A stretch of DNA of 64,000 bases from Azolla caroliniana. Taxonomy: Eukaryota > Plantae > Polypodiophyta. The stretch lies in NCBI GenBank assembly GCA_043228905.1, contig JBHGNT010000001.1, positions 8,680,001-8,744,000 on the forward strand. The letters are read 5' to 3'. The position numbers and the translations under genes are program-made. A model generated the notes under the pieces. That model saw nothing but the letters and a program-made list of their open reading frames with translations. It had not been told where the DNA came from and did not search any database. Positions 13,245 to 26,200 of the stretch are shown piece after piece (positions within the stretch are counted from its first letter, which is position 1; every line of letters begins with the position of its first letter).

Positions 13245-13370
13245 TTTAGAGAAAGAATTCAGTTGAGTAGAATCATAGTGTGCAGTAGAAAGAGCAGGAG
13301 GAGAGGAGAGCAATGGCTCAGACCACATGTGCCACTTCTGCTGCTTATCTTCACGGCGCTGCCCATGCAT
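13245..13370 (-). CDS. SUO: SUO-like protein, exon 1 (MHGQRREDKQQKWHMW...NSFSK)
   Basis: MHG start and NSFSK end are typical of this family; donor AAA|GTGAGT at 13244. The four exons total 5094 nt (1697 aa + stop) with consistent phases. Confidence 0.85.
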
Positions 13371-14236
13371 ATCATTCCCTCAATTTCCTTCTTATCTTTT
13401 TCTTTATCTTTTCTTCATATATCTGTCAATATCTATGTATATGTATCACAACGCAAGATGGAATCTCTATCTTGATCTCGAAAGGCAGAATCTTGAACAT
13501 GAAAAAAACACAGAGTCTTGTAGATCTGAGGATGGATTCTCCAGTACAAGAAAACAGAATCCCGGGCCAAAAAAGAACTTTAACTGGGCAAGATAGATGG
13601 AACCTCAACACGATTCTTGACCACTGGAATCTGAACCAGGCACACTAGATAAGACGGAATAATGGCCACAAAATCCGGAATCTCGCTGGCTGGGCGATGT
13701 CGAAATCTTACTGGGTCATAATAGAATCTTGCTCGGTGAAGATGGGATCTTCTTCAACCACAGGACTTTCTAAAACATTGAGGAAGCTTGTAAGATGATG
13801 ACAGAAACTTGAGCACGGCTAAATCTTGTTGGTTCACAACCTCGGCAGAACCTCATTGGGTGGTCACAACGAAATCTTGATCTCTGAAAGCAACGCATAA
13901 GCATCAACGAGATAGAGTATATATCATCTGAGAAACTATTTCTTTAGCAGGATGACGAGGGGGGGAAATTAACTTGGTAAGCCAAAACAAAATGACAGAT
14001 CGAAGAGGTAGTAATTCAAATATACGTATCGATCTGGACTACTATCTTAAATCAAGATGAAAAAGAATAGCAGAGAGGGAGAGAGAAAGAGAGATCTGGT
14101 CTGATAGTTATTGCACAGATCTGCACGAAGAAGATAAAAGGAAGAGGAATTCGTCAGACCAGAAAATACTTTCAGAAAGGCAAAGCTCTGTTTCTGCACG
14201 CCTCGTTTCGAGTTATCTGATTAAACGGGGAAGAGA

Positions 14237-14239
<3 letters not shown>

Positions 14240-14275
<36 letters not shown>

Positions 14276-14710
14276 TATATCAAGAGTTAATGGCTTTCTT
14301 TTAAGAGAAGCGTTTTCTTCTTCTGCTGCTGCTGCTGCTTTCTTCTTCTTTCGACCGATAGCTGGCAATGGGTCGGTAGTCTGCAAACAGAGAGCTTCTG
14401 CACAGAGCGATCTAGAGAGAGAGAGAGATTAGGGTTTGTGAAAAAAAAGCACAGAGCAATTGGGTAGGGTGCAGGGGAAAGAGAGCGGATGAGAGAGAAA
14501 CGAAGGGAGAGAGAGAAGAAGAGCGAATGGATGAATGAACAAAAACTTAGAGAGAGAGTGAGAGAGAGTGTGTGTGTGGGGGGGGGGGTGTGTGGGTGTG
14601 TGTGTGTGTGTGAGAGAGAGAGATTGTTGGTGTGGGTGTGTGTGTGGATTAGATTAGAATTTAGAAGAAGGGAGGGAGTGATTCTTCTTGCCAAGAGAGA
14701 GAGAGAGGGT
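14240..14710 (-). promoter_or_regulatory. Probable promoter/5'UTR start of the SUO-like gene: (GA)n/(GT)n microsatellite-rich, pyrimidine-rich on the transcribed strand
   Basis: (GA)n at ~14240-14272 and other GA tracts, (GT)n and a G run at ~14567-14612, telobox-like TAGGGTTT at ~14430. It lies upstream of the ATG on the - strand; the TSS is not determined. Confidence 0.5.
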
Positions 14711-17205
14711 GAATGGTGGGACTCGTCAGGGCGAATGAAATGGGTCTGGTCCGGCTTTCGCACGCATCTCTGCATATTTTTTTGTCCGCCCACTCTTCTC
14801 CCACATCAACGAACACGGCTCGAAAAACTTTGCAGGCTCACCAGCCCGACTACTCCCCGCCTTCAATGGATGCACTCAACCATTTTTATCTCGTTTTTGT
14901 CAACGAGCTTGTGTTGATTTCCCTGGAAGGAGCAGATCCCATGGCATTCCCTCCGTTAGCAGGCACTAATTTCTCTTCCTCAGCAATATGTCCACGCCAA
15001 CTTGAATATATATACACACGCACGCACACATTTGGTGCAATTAGTGCTTATAACTTATATTCAATCCTCCGTATCCTTGATTTATTGACCAATGAAGCAG
15101 TTGGATAACTTCGTGGTTGATTTCCTTCAATTCGTTTGGCAGACAAAACACATGGAAAAGTCCTTACCTTGTGTAACATCATGTGTCGGGAATGGGCAAG
15201 TTTCTAACGACGTTGAGTATAAAAGTTCTATCTATGCATTGGCTTGAAAAAGTAACTCCACTCCTCTAAAGTTGTGACTATGAGGCTTGAAATTATCCAT
15301 TGGAATGACTCGTTGGCCGGATTGATGGCTAGTATTGTTTGTTCTCTGTCTCAGTACATGTGTAAAGACCATGGTGAGTAGTGAGTAAAAGCCATAAGAT
15401 TGATTGGGCCATAGATTCAAACAACTTATTTGGGATCCTATCCTCGTGCCTCCATTACTAGATGGAACGTGTGTTTGATTTCAACTCATGGTTGGCCTAT
15501 ACATAGTCAATTGCCCAAATATTTATGTATGAGATTGCAACATGAACCATGACTAGATATATTTTATAATGATGCATGCATGGCATTATGGAAAAATCAT
15601 TGATGTTTTGGGAACATTAAGACTCAAAGGTTTTTAGGATAATTCATTGCCTCCAATGCAACATTTGTTTCCATGACCATGTTTACGTTAATCCTTCATT
15701 TTGATATGTTGTTACAAGCAATGGACGTTTACTTGATCACACTTGTTGGAGTGTAGATGAGCATGTGAAGCATTTCTTCGTTTACTCTCGGTTCATCGTT
15801 GTACAATACTTTAGTGGACATACTCACAACCTAGTTTTTTAAAGATTCTAGTGTCAACATATTGTAAAAGTTCTTTGTGGGATTTTATCTTGAACTGAGC
15901 GTTCCCACCAATAATATAATGCTCAACTAAAAAAAGTGGAAGTGTGTAGATAAATAGATGGTCAATAATGGGGAGTTGTTTGGTGATTGTATGTTGTGAC
16001 TTTTAGTGCAAGAACTATAGAATGATTCAAACAGAAAGATGAATTCATCCTCATCTTGGCGATATGTTAACTCTAAAGAAAAACAAGACCAATTTGCTTT
16101 TTTTAATTAGGGATCATTCTCATGCTCAAATGACAATATATTATGGATCACTCATGGTTACATGGGTCGTCGTTAGTCTGGAAGAAGAGTAACAAGCAAC
16201 TTATTGTCTAAGGATACTTTGCATGCTCATGTGGCAATTTATTATTCAACTCATTTTTTTTGAAGTGAATGGATCGTGCCACATGGTATTTGGACCTCAA
16301 ATAGAGAAAATGACATTGTTGTTTTTTAGGCTCATATAATGGCACTCACACATATAATTGCCTTCATAAATTGCAACCATGATTTGGTTATGACCATGTT
16401 CTTGACCAAATGTGGAGGAAGGGTATTGATTTAGTCCCATCATCCCCATGGCACACACGTCCATCCAATCAATTGAGCCTCCCCCTTACACACACACAAA
16501 TACGTAGCAACATGGCTCCACGTGTCATTAATATACCTCACCGTTCAGTCTAATAAGATCGATTGTCTTTGCTTACCAAGCTTTTCTTGTGTTTAGGTAG
16601 ATCCCATTTTACTAGGATCTTTATTGATGATATTGCTTTGGCGTACTTTTATTTTCTTCATTTTAATTACCTCTTGAATTCGATTCATTGTGTTGCTCTT
16701 ATAGGTGACCTAATGCAATAGGTCAATGGCCAATAAACATCACAAAATGTAGCAAATAAATATGGAGGCAACCCATAAAGTTAAGCGTTATTCAATGACC
16801 ATGTCAACATTGTGATTATCAATTTACCTTGAACACTGTCATTTGAGCCACTAAAAGTTAATCATATAGTAAAACATCTTTGATTGACCATTGGTCATTC
16901 ATATAGGTATTGTTATTTTGAAATTATGTCATGTTGGTAAACTCCACCTCCCTAACTCACCAACCTACAATATTTTCAAAAATGTTGTTATCCAATAGGG
17001 TTAAGTCGTAAGTCCTGGAAAAGGTGGGGAATCATGTGACATTATTAGATAAAAAGTTTGTTTGACTAAAATGACCCATACAAATTAGCAAATTCTCTAC
17101 CATTATTGTGCCTAGAGTGTTTCATGGGATGCCTTATTTAGGTTGCAACAAAGCCATTTTTTATTCTCGTGGGAAAGTGCAATTATATGCGGAGATAAGC
17201 ATGCA

Positions 17206-17208
<3 letters not shown>

Positions 17209-17245
<37 letters not shown>
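17209..17245. repeat. (GA)n microsatellite
   Basis: Perfect GA run. Confidence 0.9.
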
Positions 17246-17248
<3 letters not shown>

Positions 17249-18399
17249 ATTGTGGTGGGTCGCTAGGATATTGCATCCTGTCTATTGTAGTTATGTAATT
17301 CATGATTCATACATTACTGTTTATGTGAAAAGACAACATGATTGTCCTATGAAAAAAGAGTCACATTTGCTATCAATTTATGTAAAAGATGACGGCAAAA
17401 GGCAAGTTTCCACCTAGAGGTAGCAAGAAAGTGAGAATTTTTCCGTCAGAAATGTGAATTGATCAAACACTACCCTCTCTAGTTTAGAGACTACAAAATT
17501 TCATCGTTTATATATAAACAACCTCATGCTACAAGCATAAATCTATACATCCATGCCAATAGGTATAAAATTAATGTGGAAAAGACATTGATAGATACGG
17601 AAACATGACATGCAAATGTTTATGTCGTCGAGGAAGTGGATATGACCAACAAGATGGAATTAGTATTGTTCCAAATTTGCAAGTCTTAGGTATAACGAAT
17701 GCTGAAATCAACTAAAAGATTGTGCACCAGGTTTCAAAGTCAATATTCATATTTACCACCATCAAAGTTGATTGATTATCTTATATTGTAAAAATATTGG
17801 CATATAGCAACCATGCCCTAGCTCTTGTTTAAATATGGGGGTTCTTACACTTAGAATAGAGAAATTATGATACACAAGTTACTTGTACACGTCACGTAAA
17901 TTGACTACTATCATCATCACAATTGAGAGTCCATCGAAATATGATGAATGAACAATAAACAAATGAAAAATAATTTAGTCCATAAAAACGAAACATGCAT
18001 TAGATGTAAATGTATCCAAACTCAATGTGATGTGATATGTATGTGCTTGTTTCATTGACATGCAATTTTTTCTTCTTCATTAGTTAAATATGTCCTTTTG
18101 TACACAAATTTAGTCCCCTTATCGGGTAGTCCTTGCCAAAATTATCCTATCATTCTCAGCTACTATATACCATGTGTTGGTTGTACAAAAGCTCGCCACC
18201 AGACGTCTACTTACATTTGGATGACATCTCATATTTATCTTACACCCACTTTCCATACACATCATTTGTATTCAATAGTCCACATGTATGTTCTCTATGT
18301 ATCTCATCTCATTCACGCCCCTCTTTCAACTAATGGGACGGGGGAACAACCAACTGGGTACCATGTACTGACATCGTATATCCATTCCCTTTTCTGCAA

Positions 18400-19229
18400 C
18401 GGTACCATCGATGTAGTACACCAATGTTTTCTAAAATTCAACCTCATTAGTTATGAAGCATCATCAGTTCCATCAATCCGCTCATACGCCTTCAATGTAG
18501 TTATCAGTGCACGCTATATTAGGTTAATAGATTCAATAGGACTATATTAGCTTAATAGATTTAGTAGGAGATTGCTTGTTTGCTGAAATTACCCTAGTAC
18601 ATCTTGTCATCCATATGCACCATATGACAATGGGTGCAAGCAACATCCATAGATCTCCAAATTTTTGCTTCTGTGCAATAACTACAGACACCATGTTATC
18701 AGTGATCAATTGAATAGTTCCATTCTCGCCTTTGTATATTACTTTGCATGTGCTATCATATTTCTCCATGTCATCATCAAGACAATTCAAGCAAGCATTT
18801 CCCCATTTGAGGGTAAATGAGTTGGAGGCATGTCATAGCAATCGTAACACCCTTCACCATACAACTGCTGCTCGCGACATTCCCATAGACAATGGGGAAT
18901 GCTTTCCAACTGTCCACATGCACTACATCTAGGGTCTACATTGGGGTATTTGCCCCACGTCCCTACTAGCAAGGCTCTATGCATAATACACCATAAGCAC
19001 ATCATTATCTTGCGATCACCACTGCCATATCATTTTCCACAATTGAACTAATTGCTTTTCACTAATGCCCTCAAATATCCAATATTTTTGTGCTTTAATC
19101 TTTTTATGTTCTTGTTCCAGAATAATTTGCCTCCTGATTTTCGTGTTGTACCGGAAAAACTAAACCAACTTTGCACCCCTAGTTCGTCCTTCAGTTCTCC
19201 AGAAATACATCGTTGGGTCCCATGACAGT
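18400..19229 (-). mobile_element. L1-type LINE 3' fragment (zf-RVT region), decayed; cut by Copia A 5' LTR
   Basis: Minus frames give LWKMIWQ, CLWCIMHRALLVG..DPRCSACGQLESIPHCLWEC and APIVIWCIWMTRC, typical of the plant L1 ORF2 C-terminus. Left boundary approximate. Confidence 0.75.
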
Positions 19230-19695
19230 TGTTGAATGAGCAAGCTCAACTAGATCCGGATTGGTTGGATAAGCCAGAACCGGATCGTATCTGGATCGAT
19301 GTCCGAATAGTATCTGGATCCATGTCTGAATAGTATCCGGAACGAATAGCCGGATCGGAGAGCCAGACCCACGTGTATATCGGTAGGCCGTTTAGAGGTC
19401 TACGATTCTAGACTACTAGGTAGTCATGGTCCTCGTAGTTAGTGTCAGCCGTTCGTATGAGCATTGAAGTACATAGTACTTTTGTCAGTTCCTTGTGGAC
19501 TTGTATAAAAAGTGCTCACTGAGCACATCCTATAAACAAAGTGTAATTGTTTTGAATTTAGTTTTATGCTTTCTGCTCTCTCTGTCTCTTATGTGTATTC
19601 TTTGTTCTCAAGCTTCCATTAAACCTTCATTCTGTGTTTTCTGTTGCTATCTAGATAAACTGGTTTGTCAAAGCTTCCGCATATTAACTTTGACA
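19230..19695 (+). repeat. 5' LTR of Copia A'
   Basis: Starts TGTTGA, ends TGACA, followed by PBS TGGTATTAGAG (tRNA-iMet type) at 19696. Similar to the LTRs at 25455 and 28803. Confidence 0.85.
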
Positions 19696-19940
19696 TGGTA
19701 TTAGAGTGCGAGGGTTGAGAACCTCTGCTGCTGACAAGCATTTTTTTTGAAGACAAACCCTAACCACCGGTAAAAGAATAGACTGAAAAGAGAAGGTATG
19801 GACAGAAGCATGGCGAGCTCGCTTCCAACAGAAAAGGTCAACCAAAGCAACTATGTGTCCTGGTTGTATAAAATGCACCACCTGCTGGGGCATGGATACT
19901 AGAGCTACGTGGAAGGAGCAAATGAAGCAACGTCGGACTC

Positions 19941-20501
19941 TGAAGAGAAATGTGCGGAATATCCCTCGGCCACAACCGAGTAGTAAATCACTTCTATAAG
20001 AATCAAACACAGAAATGGGAAATGGGGAGTACAAAAGAAAAATGACACAAGATGTTTACGTGGAAAACCGTAGTAGGGGAAAACCACGGGAGCCCACAGA
20101 CTCCGAACTATCACTATGAAGAGAAGGGGTACAATCAAAGACTCGGAGGCAACGACCTTGAGCTCTGTTTCTTCGCCCAGTGGCGGTTATAACAGAGTAT
20201 CACTCTGTATCTCTCTCTCTCTCTGTCTCTCTCTCTCTCTCTCTGTACAATAGTTACAACAATATGACAACAACACCCTCATCACTATAAAGTGATTGCC
20301 CTAAGTCATATTTATAGTTATATGAACTTAGGGCTATTTACAAAGATAGCCTCAATGGGCTTGTTCAAGACATATTTACAAATCTGTCTTCTCTTCCGGT
20401 TCTCACCGGGTCCATCGATCCGGTTTCCGGATCTTTCCGGTTCTCACCAGGTCCTCTTTATTCATCACCGGATCCCATCCGGAGAGACCAATTTCCCAAC
20501 A
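19941..20501 (-). mobile_element. Solo LTR of the Copia F family inserted in Copia A gag
   Basis: The reverse strand starts TGTTGGGAAATTGGTCTCTCCGGATGGGAT, like the LTR at 61211, and shares CTCCCGTGGTTTTCCC..GGTTTTCCACGTAAA. TSD GACTC (19936-40) / GATTC (20502-06). Confidence 0.88.
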
Positions 20502-23500
20502 GATTCAGCACATAAGGACTTCTCGATTTGGGAGCAAGGAGCGAGTGGGGTGTTGTACTGCCTTGCTTCCTGTGTGCACGACTAGATGCTTGGGTACATT
20601 AGAGATGCAAAGTCACTAATCGAGGCCTAGGAAAATCTTCGGAAGATTTTCGCCACAAGTACCACGGCTCGGAAGTTGCAACTCTGGCAAGAGCTCAACA
20701 ATATCTGGCAATGGGACATGTCGATTACCGACTACACCACCAAGATCACGGAGATCTGCGACGCGCTCGGTTCCATCAATGTGACGGTGGACGAGGATGA
20801 GATGGTCCAGATTTGCCTCGATGGTCTAGCACAACGGTACAGGCCAATCCGGAGGCGATCTGTACTCGGAAGAAACCACCGTCCTTCTTCGACTTGCAAT
20901 CAATGTTGATGGTCGAAGAAAACCATGCGAGTGGGTTGAGGACTACTCAATTAGACAACCAAATGTTGTACACAGAGGCAAATCGGCCCCATGGGCGTGG
21001 GGGACGAAGTGGGTTGGCATGCAATGCAGGCGGCTGACAAGAGCAGAACCGGAGGCATAGAGATAGTGCCAATAGCAGTTGCGGACCCTCCACTAGCAGG
21101 GGGAGTCAAAGCGACGTCGAAAACCGGCAAGGGAAAACCGACACGGAATGTTGGTATTGTGGCAAGAAAGGCCACCGAGAAAGTGAGTGTTGGAAGAAGC
21201 GCGCCGGATCTGGCAAGGTCGGACAAGGGAACCGACAAAACTTGCACTACATAGAAGGATCAGATGGATCTAGAACTGGTAAGACCGGAAAAGGGTTAGC
21301 CTTTGTGATGAAGCACAAGGCGAACTCGATGAAGAAGACCACTTTCAGATCGGAGGAAGTGTGGTACGTTGACTCCGGAGCATCAAACCATATGATGAAC
21401 CACAAAGAGTGGTTCTCCTTCTTGGAGAAACCAGAACAACCGTGAGTTGTCGAAACCGGAGACGCCACTCCTCACCCAATCGTGCATGTCGGAGAAGTTC
21501 CCCTGAGCCACCTCGGACAGAGGGGGAAGCTAATGAACGTATTACACATTCCGACTATCACGAAGAACCTGGTGTCGGTCGGACAGATCGTCGACTAGGG
21601 AATGCAGGTGCGGTTTACGCACCTCGGGTGCTTCATCAAGGAGGAGGGCCAAATTATCGCGCAAGGGGGCAGAGATGGGAGGATGTTCATCCTTGACACC
21701 AATGACGTCGGCACCACCTTGTTCGCCAAAGGACAGAAGGTCGAATCGGACATCGACCTGTGGCACAAGCGGATCGGCCACGTCAATTACCGAAGGCTTC
21801 AAGACTTGCAGACGAAACAAGTTGTTTTTGGTTTGCCAAAGTTTAGTGGCCGGAAGGCCCAAGTATGTGAAGCCTGCCAACTTGGGAAGCAACACCGGCT
21901 TCCATTCCCCGCCGAACAAAACCGTAGCCGTAACAAGCTCGACCCTATTCATTCGGATGTATGGGGACCGGCACAAAACGCGAGTCTTGGCGGGAGTCGA
22001 TACTTCATCTCCTTCATCGACGACTATAGTCGGCACACATGGATCTACCTCATTGAGCGGAAGAGCGAAGTCTTCAACTGTTTCTGGAACCTCCAGAGCA
22101 TGGTGGAACGGGAATCGGAGAGGAAGATCAAGTGCCTGCGGTCAGATGGTGGAAAAGAATATTTTTCTGGCCAATTCAACAACTATCTACATTAAACAGG
22201 AATTCGGAGAGAGTTCAGCTGCAGATACACACTGGAGCAAAATGGTGTGGCCGAAAGGAAGAACCGGTCGCTTGTCGACGCGGCAAGGGCAATGCTGGAA
22301 GAGAAGAGCATGCCCCATTTCTACAAGGCGGAGGCGGTCCGGATGACCGTCTACATCCAAAACCGGATCGGTGACAAGGTGTCCGCGCGTGAGCTATATT
22401 TCGGGTGCAAGCCGAATTTGAGACACCTTCGGATTTTCGGCAGCATAGCATATGTGCATGTGCCGGATGAGAAGCGGAGGAAGCTGGATGCAAAATTGGA
22501 GAAGTGCATCCTCGTCGGCTACTCACATGAGCAAAAGGGGTATAAGTGTTATAACCCCCGGACGAAGCAGGTCCAAGTTAGTCGCGATGTTGAATTTGAT
22601 GAGACGGCATCATGGTATGCCTTATAAGCTCCGACTTTTGACGCCGACCCGATACCGGAGGATGAGGCTAGTGAGCCTGAACCGGTCTAGATAGAAGATG
22701 ATGAATCGGGGACTCAAGAAGAGAGTCCGGAATCGTTTCGGTTGAGTGGGCCGAACGAGAGACTGGTCAATCCGACCAGTCGGATGAGGAACCGACGAGT
22801 AATGAAGACTCTATCGTGCTCTCCCCGCGCAAGGAACCGAGGAGATGGTTCACGCGCAAAGAGACGGGGAAGAAGAAGATGCCAAATTATGAAACCAGTA
22901 ATGATGAGTCAGATTAGAGTGGATCCGACTCTAGAAAGGAAAATGACGGTTCTTCGGCACCGAAGACCGAACCGGCCAAGAAGGGCCTCAAACCGGGTAA
23001 TGGTGGGTTACGTCGGTCAACCCGCCAAAAGGAACCTGTTAAGCGGTACGGGTACAATGAATACATGGCACATCACTATGCGTATATGACCAAGGTGGCG
23101 GAAGTGCGTGCGCCGGAGAGCTACGCAGAAGCGGCAAAGGACGCACATTGGCGTGCCGCTATGGAAGGAGAGATGTGGGCACTTGATGCCAACGATACAT
23201 GGGACCTGGTTGACCCTCCCCATCACAGTAAACTGTTCGGATGCAAGTGGGTGTACAAGGTAAAGTACAACGCCGACGGTTCAGTTAACCGGTACAAGGC
23301 CCGATTAGTGGCGAAGGGATACGCACAGGCCCACATAATCGACTATGACGAGACCTTCGCTCCAGTAGCGAAGATGACGACGGTTCGTGTGGTTCTGGCG
23401 GTTGTTGCGGCAAGGGGGAGGCATCTTCACTAGATGGATGTGAAGAATGCATTTCTTCAAGGAGATCTTGAAGAAGAGGTCTTTATGATACAACCCCCCG

Positions 23501-24528
23501 GTTTCTAGACGGAGATGAACAAGTGGGCGGTATGCCGGTTGAAGAAGTCACTTTATGGCCTGAAGCAAGCCCCCCGAGCTTGGAATGCGAAGATCACGCA
23601 CCGGTTGTGTAAGATGGAGTTTGCGGCCTCTCCAAGTCCGACTCTTCGTTGTTCATCCGGCAAGGTTCGGACGGTCCGGTTTGCATCTTGTTGTATGTTG
23701 ATGATCTGGTCATCACCAGACCCGGACTCAATGAAATCAGCCGAGTCAAGTCCCAGTTGTCAGATGCACTTGAGATGAAGGACCTGGGGGACCTTCATTA
23801 TTTTCTTGGGATCGAGGTGATCCGAACCCCCGATGGCATATTGCTCTCACAGAGGCACCATGTGTTGAATATGTTGTACAAGTTCGGCATGACAGAATGC
23901 CGACCTGTCTCTACACCCTTGGACTGGAACCAGAAGCTCTATCCCAACTCTGGACCGGCCTGCGATGAGAAACGGTTCCGACAAATTGTCGGAAGCCTTA
24001 TATATTTGACCATCACCCGACTCGACATAAGCTATCCGGTCGGTGTGATTAGCCAATTCATGCAGAAGCCGACCGTAGAGCATCTTCAGTGCGCGCACCG
24101 AATACTGCGGTATGTGAGCAGCATGAAGGACCGAGGACTGTTATACCGACGAGGTATAACCGAAGAGTTGGTCTGTTACACAGATGCTGACTGGGTCGGC
24201 GATGCATCAGATCGCCGATCAACCTCTGGTTATATGTTTTCCCTAGGTAGCACGGCTGTTGCGTGGGGCAGCAAAAAGCAGCCAACAATTGCTCTATCGA
24301 GCACTGAGGCTGAGTATCGGGGTGCTACCGTTGCCACCTATGAAGCCATTTGGCTTCGGCGACTACTGCAAGACCTACGGCTCGAGGTACCGACCCCGAT
24401 TCTAATCTACTGCGACAACATAAGCAACGTGCAGCTCGCCAAGAACCCCGTATTCCATGCTCGCACAAAGCACATAGAAGTGCACTATCACTTCGTGTGT
24501 GAGCGTGTCATGAGCGGTGAGGTCGAAC

Positions 24529-24876
24529 GTCGCTATGTTCATACGGATCGGCTAGTTGCCGACATCTTCACCAAACCACTCGGATCGGACAAGTTGCAAC
24601 ACTTCACCAAAATGCTTGGTGTTCAACATCTCGATGTGCCACACTTGAGGGGGAGAACGGGCAAAAACACCAGAACGGGCAAAGGCAAAGAGACTGCCGA
24701 ATGTCGCTATGTTCATACGGATCGGCTAGTTGCCGACATCTTCACCAAACCACTCGGATCGGACAAGTTGCAACACTTCACCAAAATGCTTGGTGTTCAA
24801 CATCTCGATGTGCCACACTTGAGGGGGAGAACGGGCAAAAACACCGGAACGGGCAAAGGCAAAGAGACTGCCGAAT
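24529..24876 (+). repeat. 174-bp in-frame tandem duplication of the RNase H end
   Basis: RYVHTDRLVADIFTK...LRGRTGKNT.TGKGKETAEC occurs twice; CGAAYG microhomology at 24524, 24698 and 24872. Confidence 0.95.
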
Positions 24877-25454
24877 GCGCTGGTGAGGGAAGAAGCGATA
24901 AAGGGAGAGACAAGAAGAAGAAATTTGCCGAGTCGACAAAGGAAGTCAACACATCCTAACAAGTCGAAACAAGTGGCAACGGCGACAGAGTCAAGAAGGA
25001 CAGAGCCGACCGAAGGAAGAAAGCCAAGACCCGGACATGGTCCGATGTGGTGAAGGGCCTCAAATCGGAAGACGAATCGGGAGCGACCGATTTGGACAAG
25101 AACTGGAACGAATCGGAGACAGTCGATTCGGTTCAACAGAAAGATTCGGAAGGACCGGATCAATTCAAGGCCAAGAGGACGAGAAGGCAGCGAAAGTCAA
25201 CGCCAACACAAAGGAATCAACAAACCAGCATATGCCGAAGTCACAGTAGTGAGGGAGTTGAATTGGGCTTGTTGAGTAGACAAGCCGACCGAGGAGGTCG
25301 AGGTGCGTAGAACAAGAGGGGTCGCGGCAAATAGAATCGGACCGGACAAGGAGCGCGAGCAAGGCGGAGTGATGCAAAAAGGAGCCAGGCAGAAGGACCG
25401 GTTGCCACAGACGTTGACACTACGACCGGACCTCAAGTTGAGCTTGAGGGGGAG

Positions 25455-25833
25455 TGTTGAGCAACAAGCTCAATTGGAGTCGGATTGGCTGAATAAGCCT
25501 GAGCCGGTGAGCGAGACAGATCGGTGAGCCGGTGAGCCGGATCCATCAGTAATCGGAAGCCTAGTAGCAGCTAGACTACTAGGGAGTTAATACCCTCGTA
25601 GTTAGTGTCAGACGCTCGAGTGAGCATTGAAGTACACCGTACTTCTGTCAGTCCATATGGACTTGTATAAAAGTGTTCGCTGAACACATACTATGTATAG
25701 AGTGTTGATATAATTTTTGAATAGTGATTCTTGTTCTGCTCTCTCTGTCTCTCTTGCGTACTGTTAAGCTCTCCACTAAACCCGTTCTCTGTTTTCTGTT
25801 TTCTATTGCTTCTGCACGTTATTTGTTTTTACA
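25455..25833 (+). repeat. 3' LTR of a Copia A-family copy
   Basis: Follows the PPT, TGTTGAG...TTTTACA. Same family as the 19230 LTR but clearly diverged from it. Confidence 0.8.
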
Positions 25834-26048
25834 CTTTTCATATTCAATATTTCGTAAGAAGCAAACATATAAAAACCGTGGGCACAAAACCATTGTTTTA
25901 GCCCATGGTTTTTGCATGAAGAGACCTATAAAAGCCTATAGTGGGGCTTGTGTAAGGGGACAAGTGATGTAAGTAAAACTTTTAATCAAAGATCTGAGTT
26001 ATCCTAATGGTGATGTATCTTGTCTCGTAAAACTAAAGTCAAGGGTTC

Positions 26049-26083
<35 letters not shown>

Positions 26084-26200
26084 ATCCATCTATCTGTCTG
26101 CAATACTTTCTCGCTTACGTTGTAAAAACTTCAAATCCTTCCGAACCAGGACCCCGGTGGTCCCGCTTCATTTCGTGAACACGTGAGGATTTCCTCGACA
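25834..26200 (+). mobile_element. 3' part of a Trp-Gypsy clade LTR (subfamily X), in Copia A' integrase
   Basis: Reverse complement of ~53505-53965. Ends GACCCCGGTGGTCCCG...CTCGACA, followed by ACGG of the host NGVAERKNR codons. Confidence 0.85.

Larger units (their letters stand above)
19696..25454 (+). mobile_element. Ty1/Copia A internal region (gag-PR-INT-RT-RH + extra tail), pseudogenised, probably chimeric
   Basis: Gag zinc knuckle CWYCGKKGH, PR VDSGASNHM, WHKRIGH, HSDVWGP, LRSDGGKEY, RT LYVDD, RH YCDNIS/ADIFTK. Many stops and frameshifts. PPT TTGAGGGGGAG at 25444-25454. Confidence 0.92.

Noticed and set aside
14287-15108. 130-170-aa ORFs upstream of the SUO-like gene
   Set aside because: Translations of (GA)n/(GT)n microsatellites.
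15000-18400. Genes or RNA genes in the AT-rich intergenic stretch (also 4750-6600)
   Set aside because: Only short ORFs without motifs; no structure I can support by eye.
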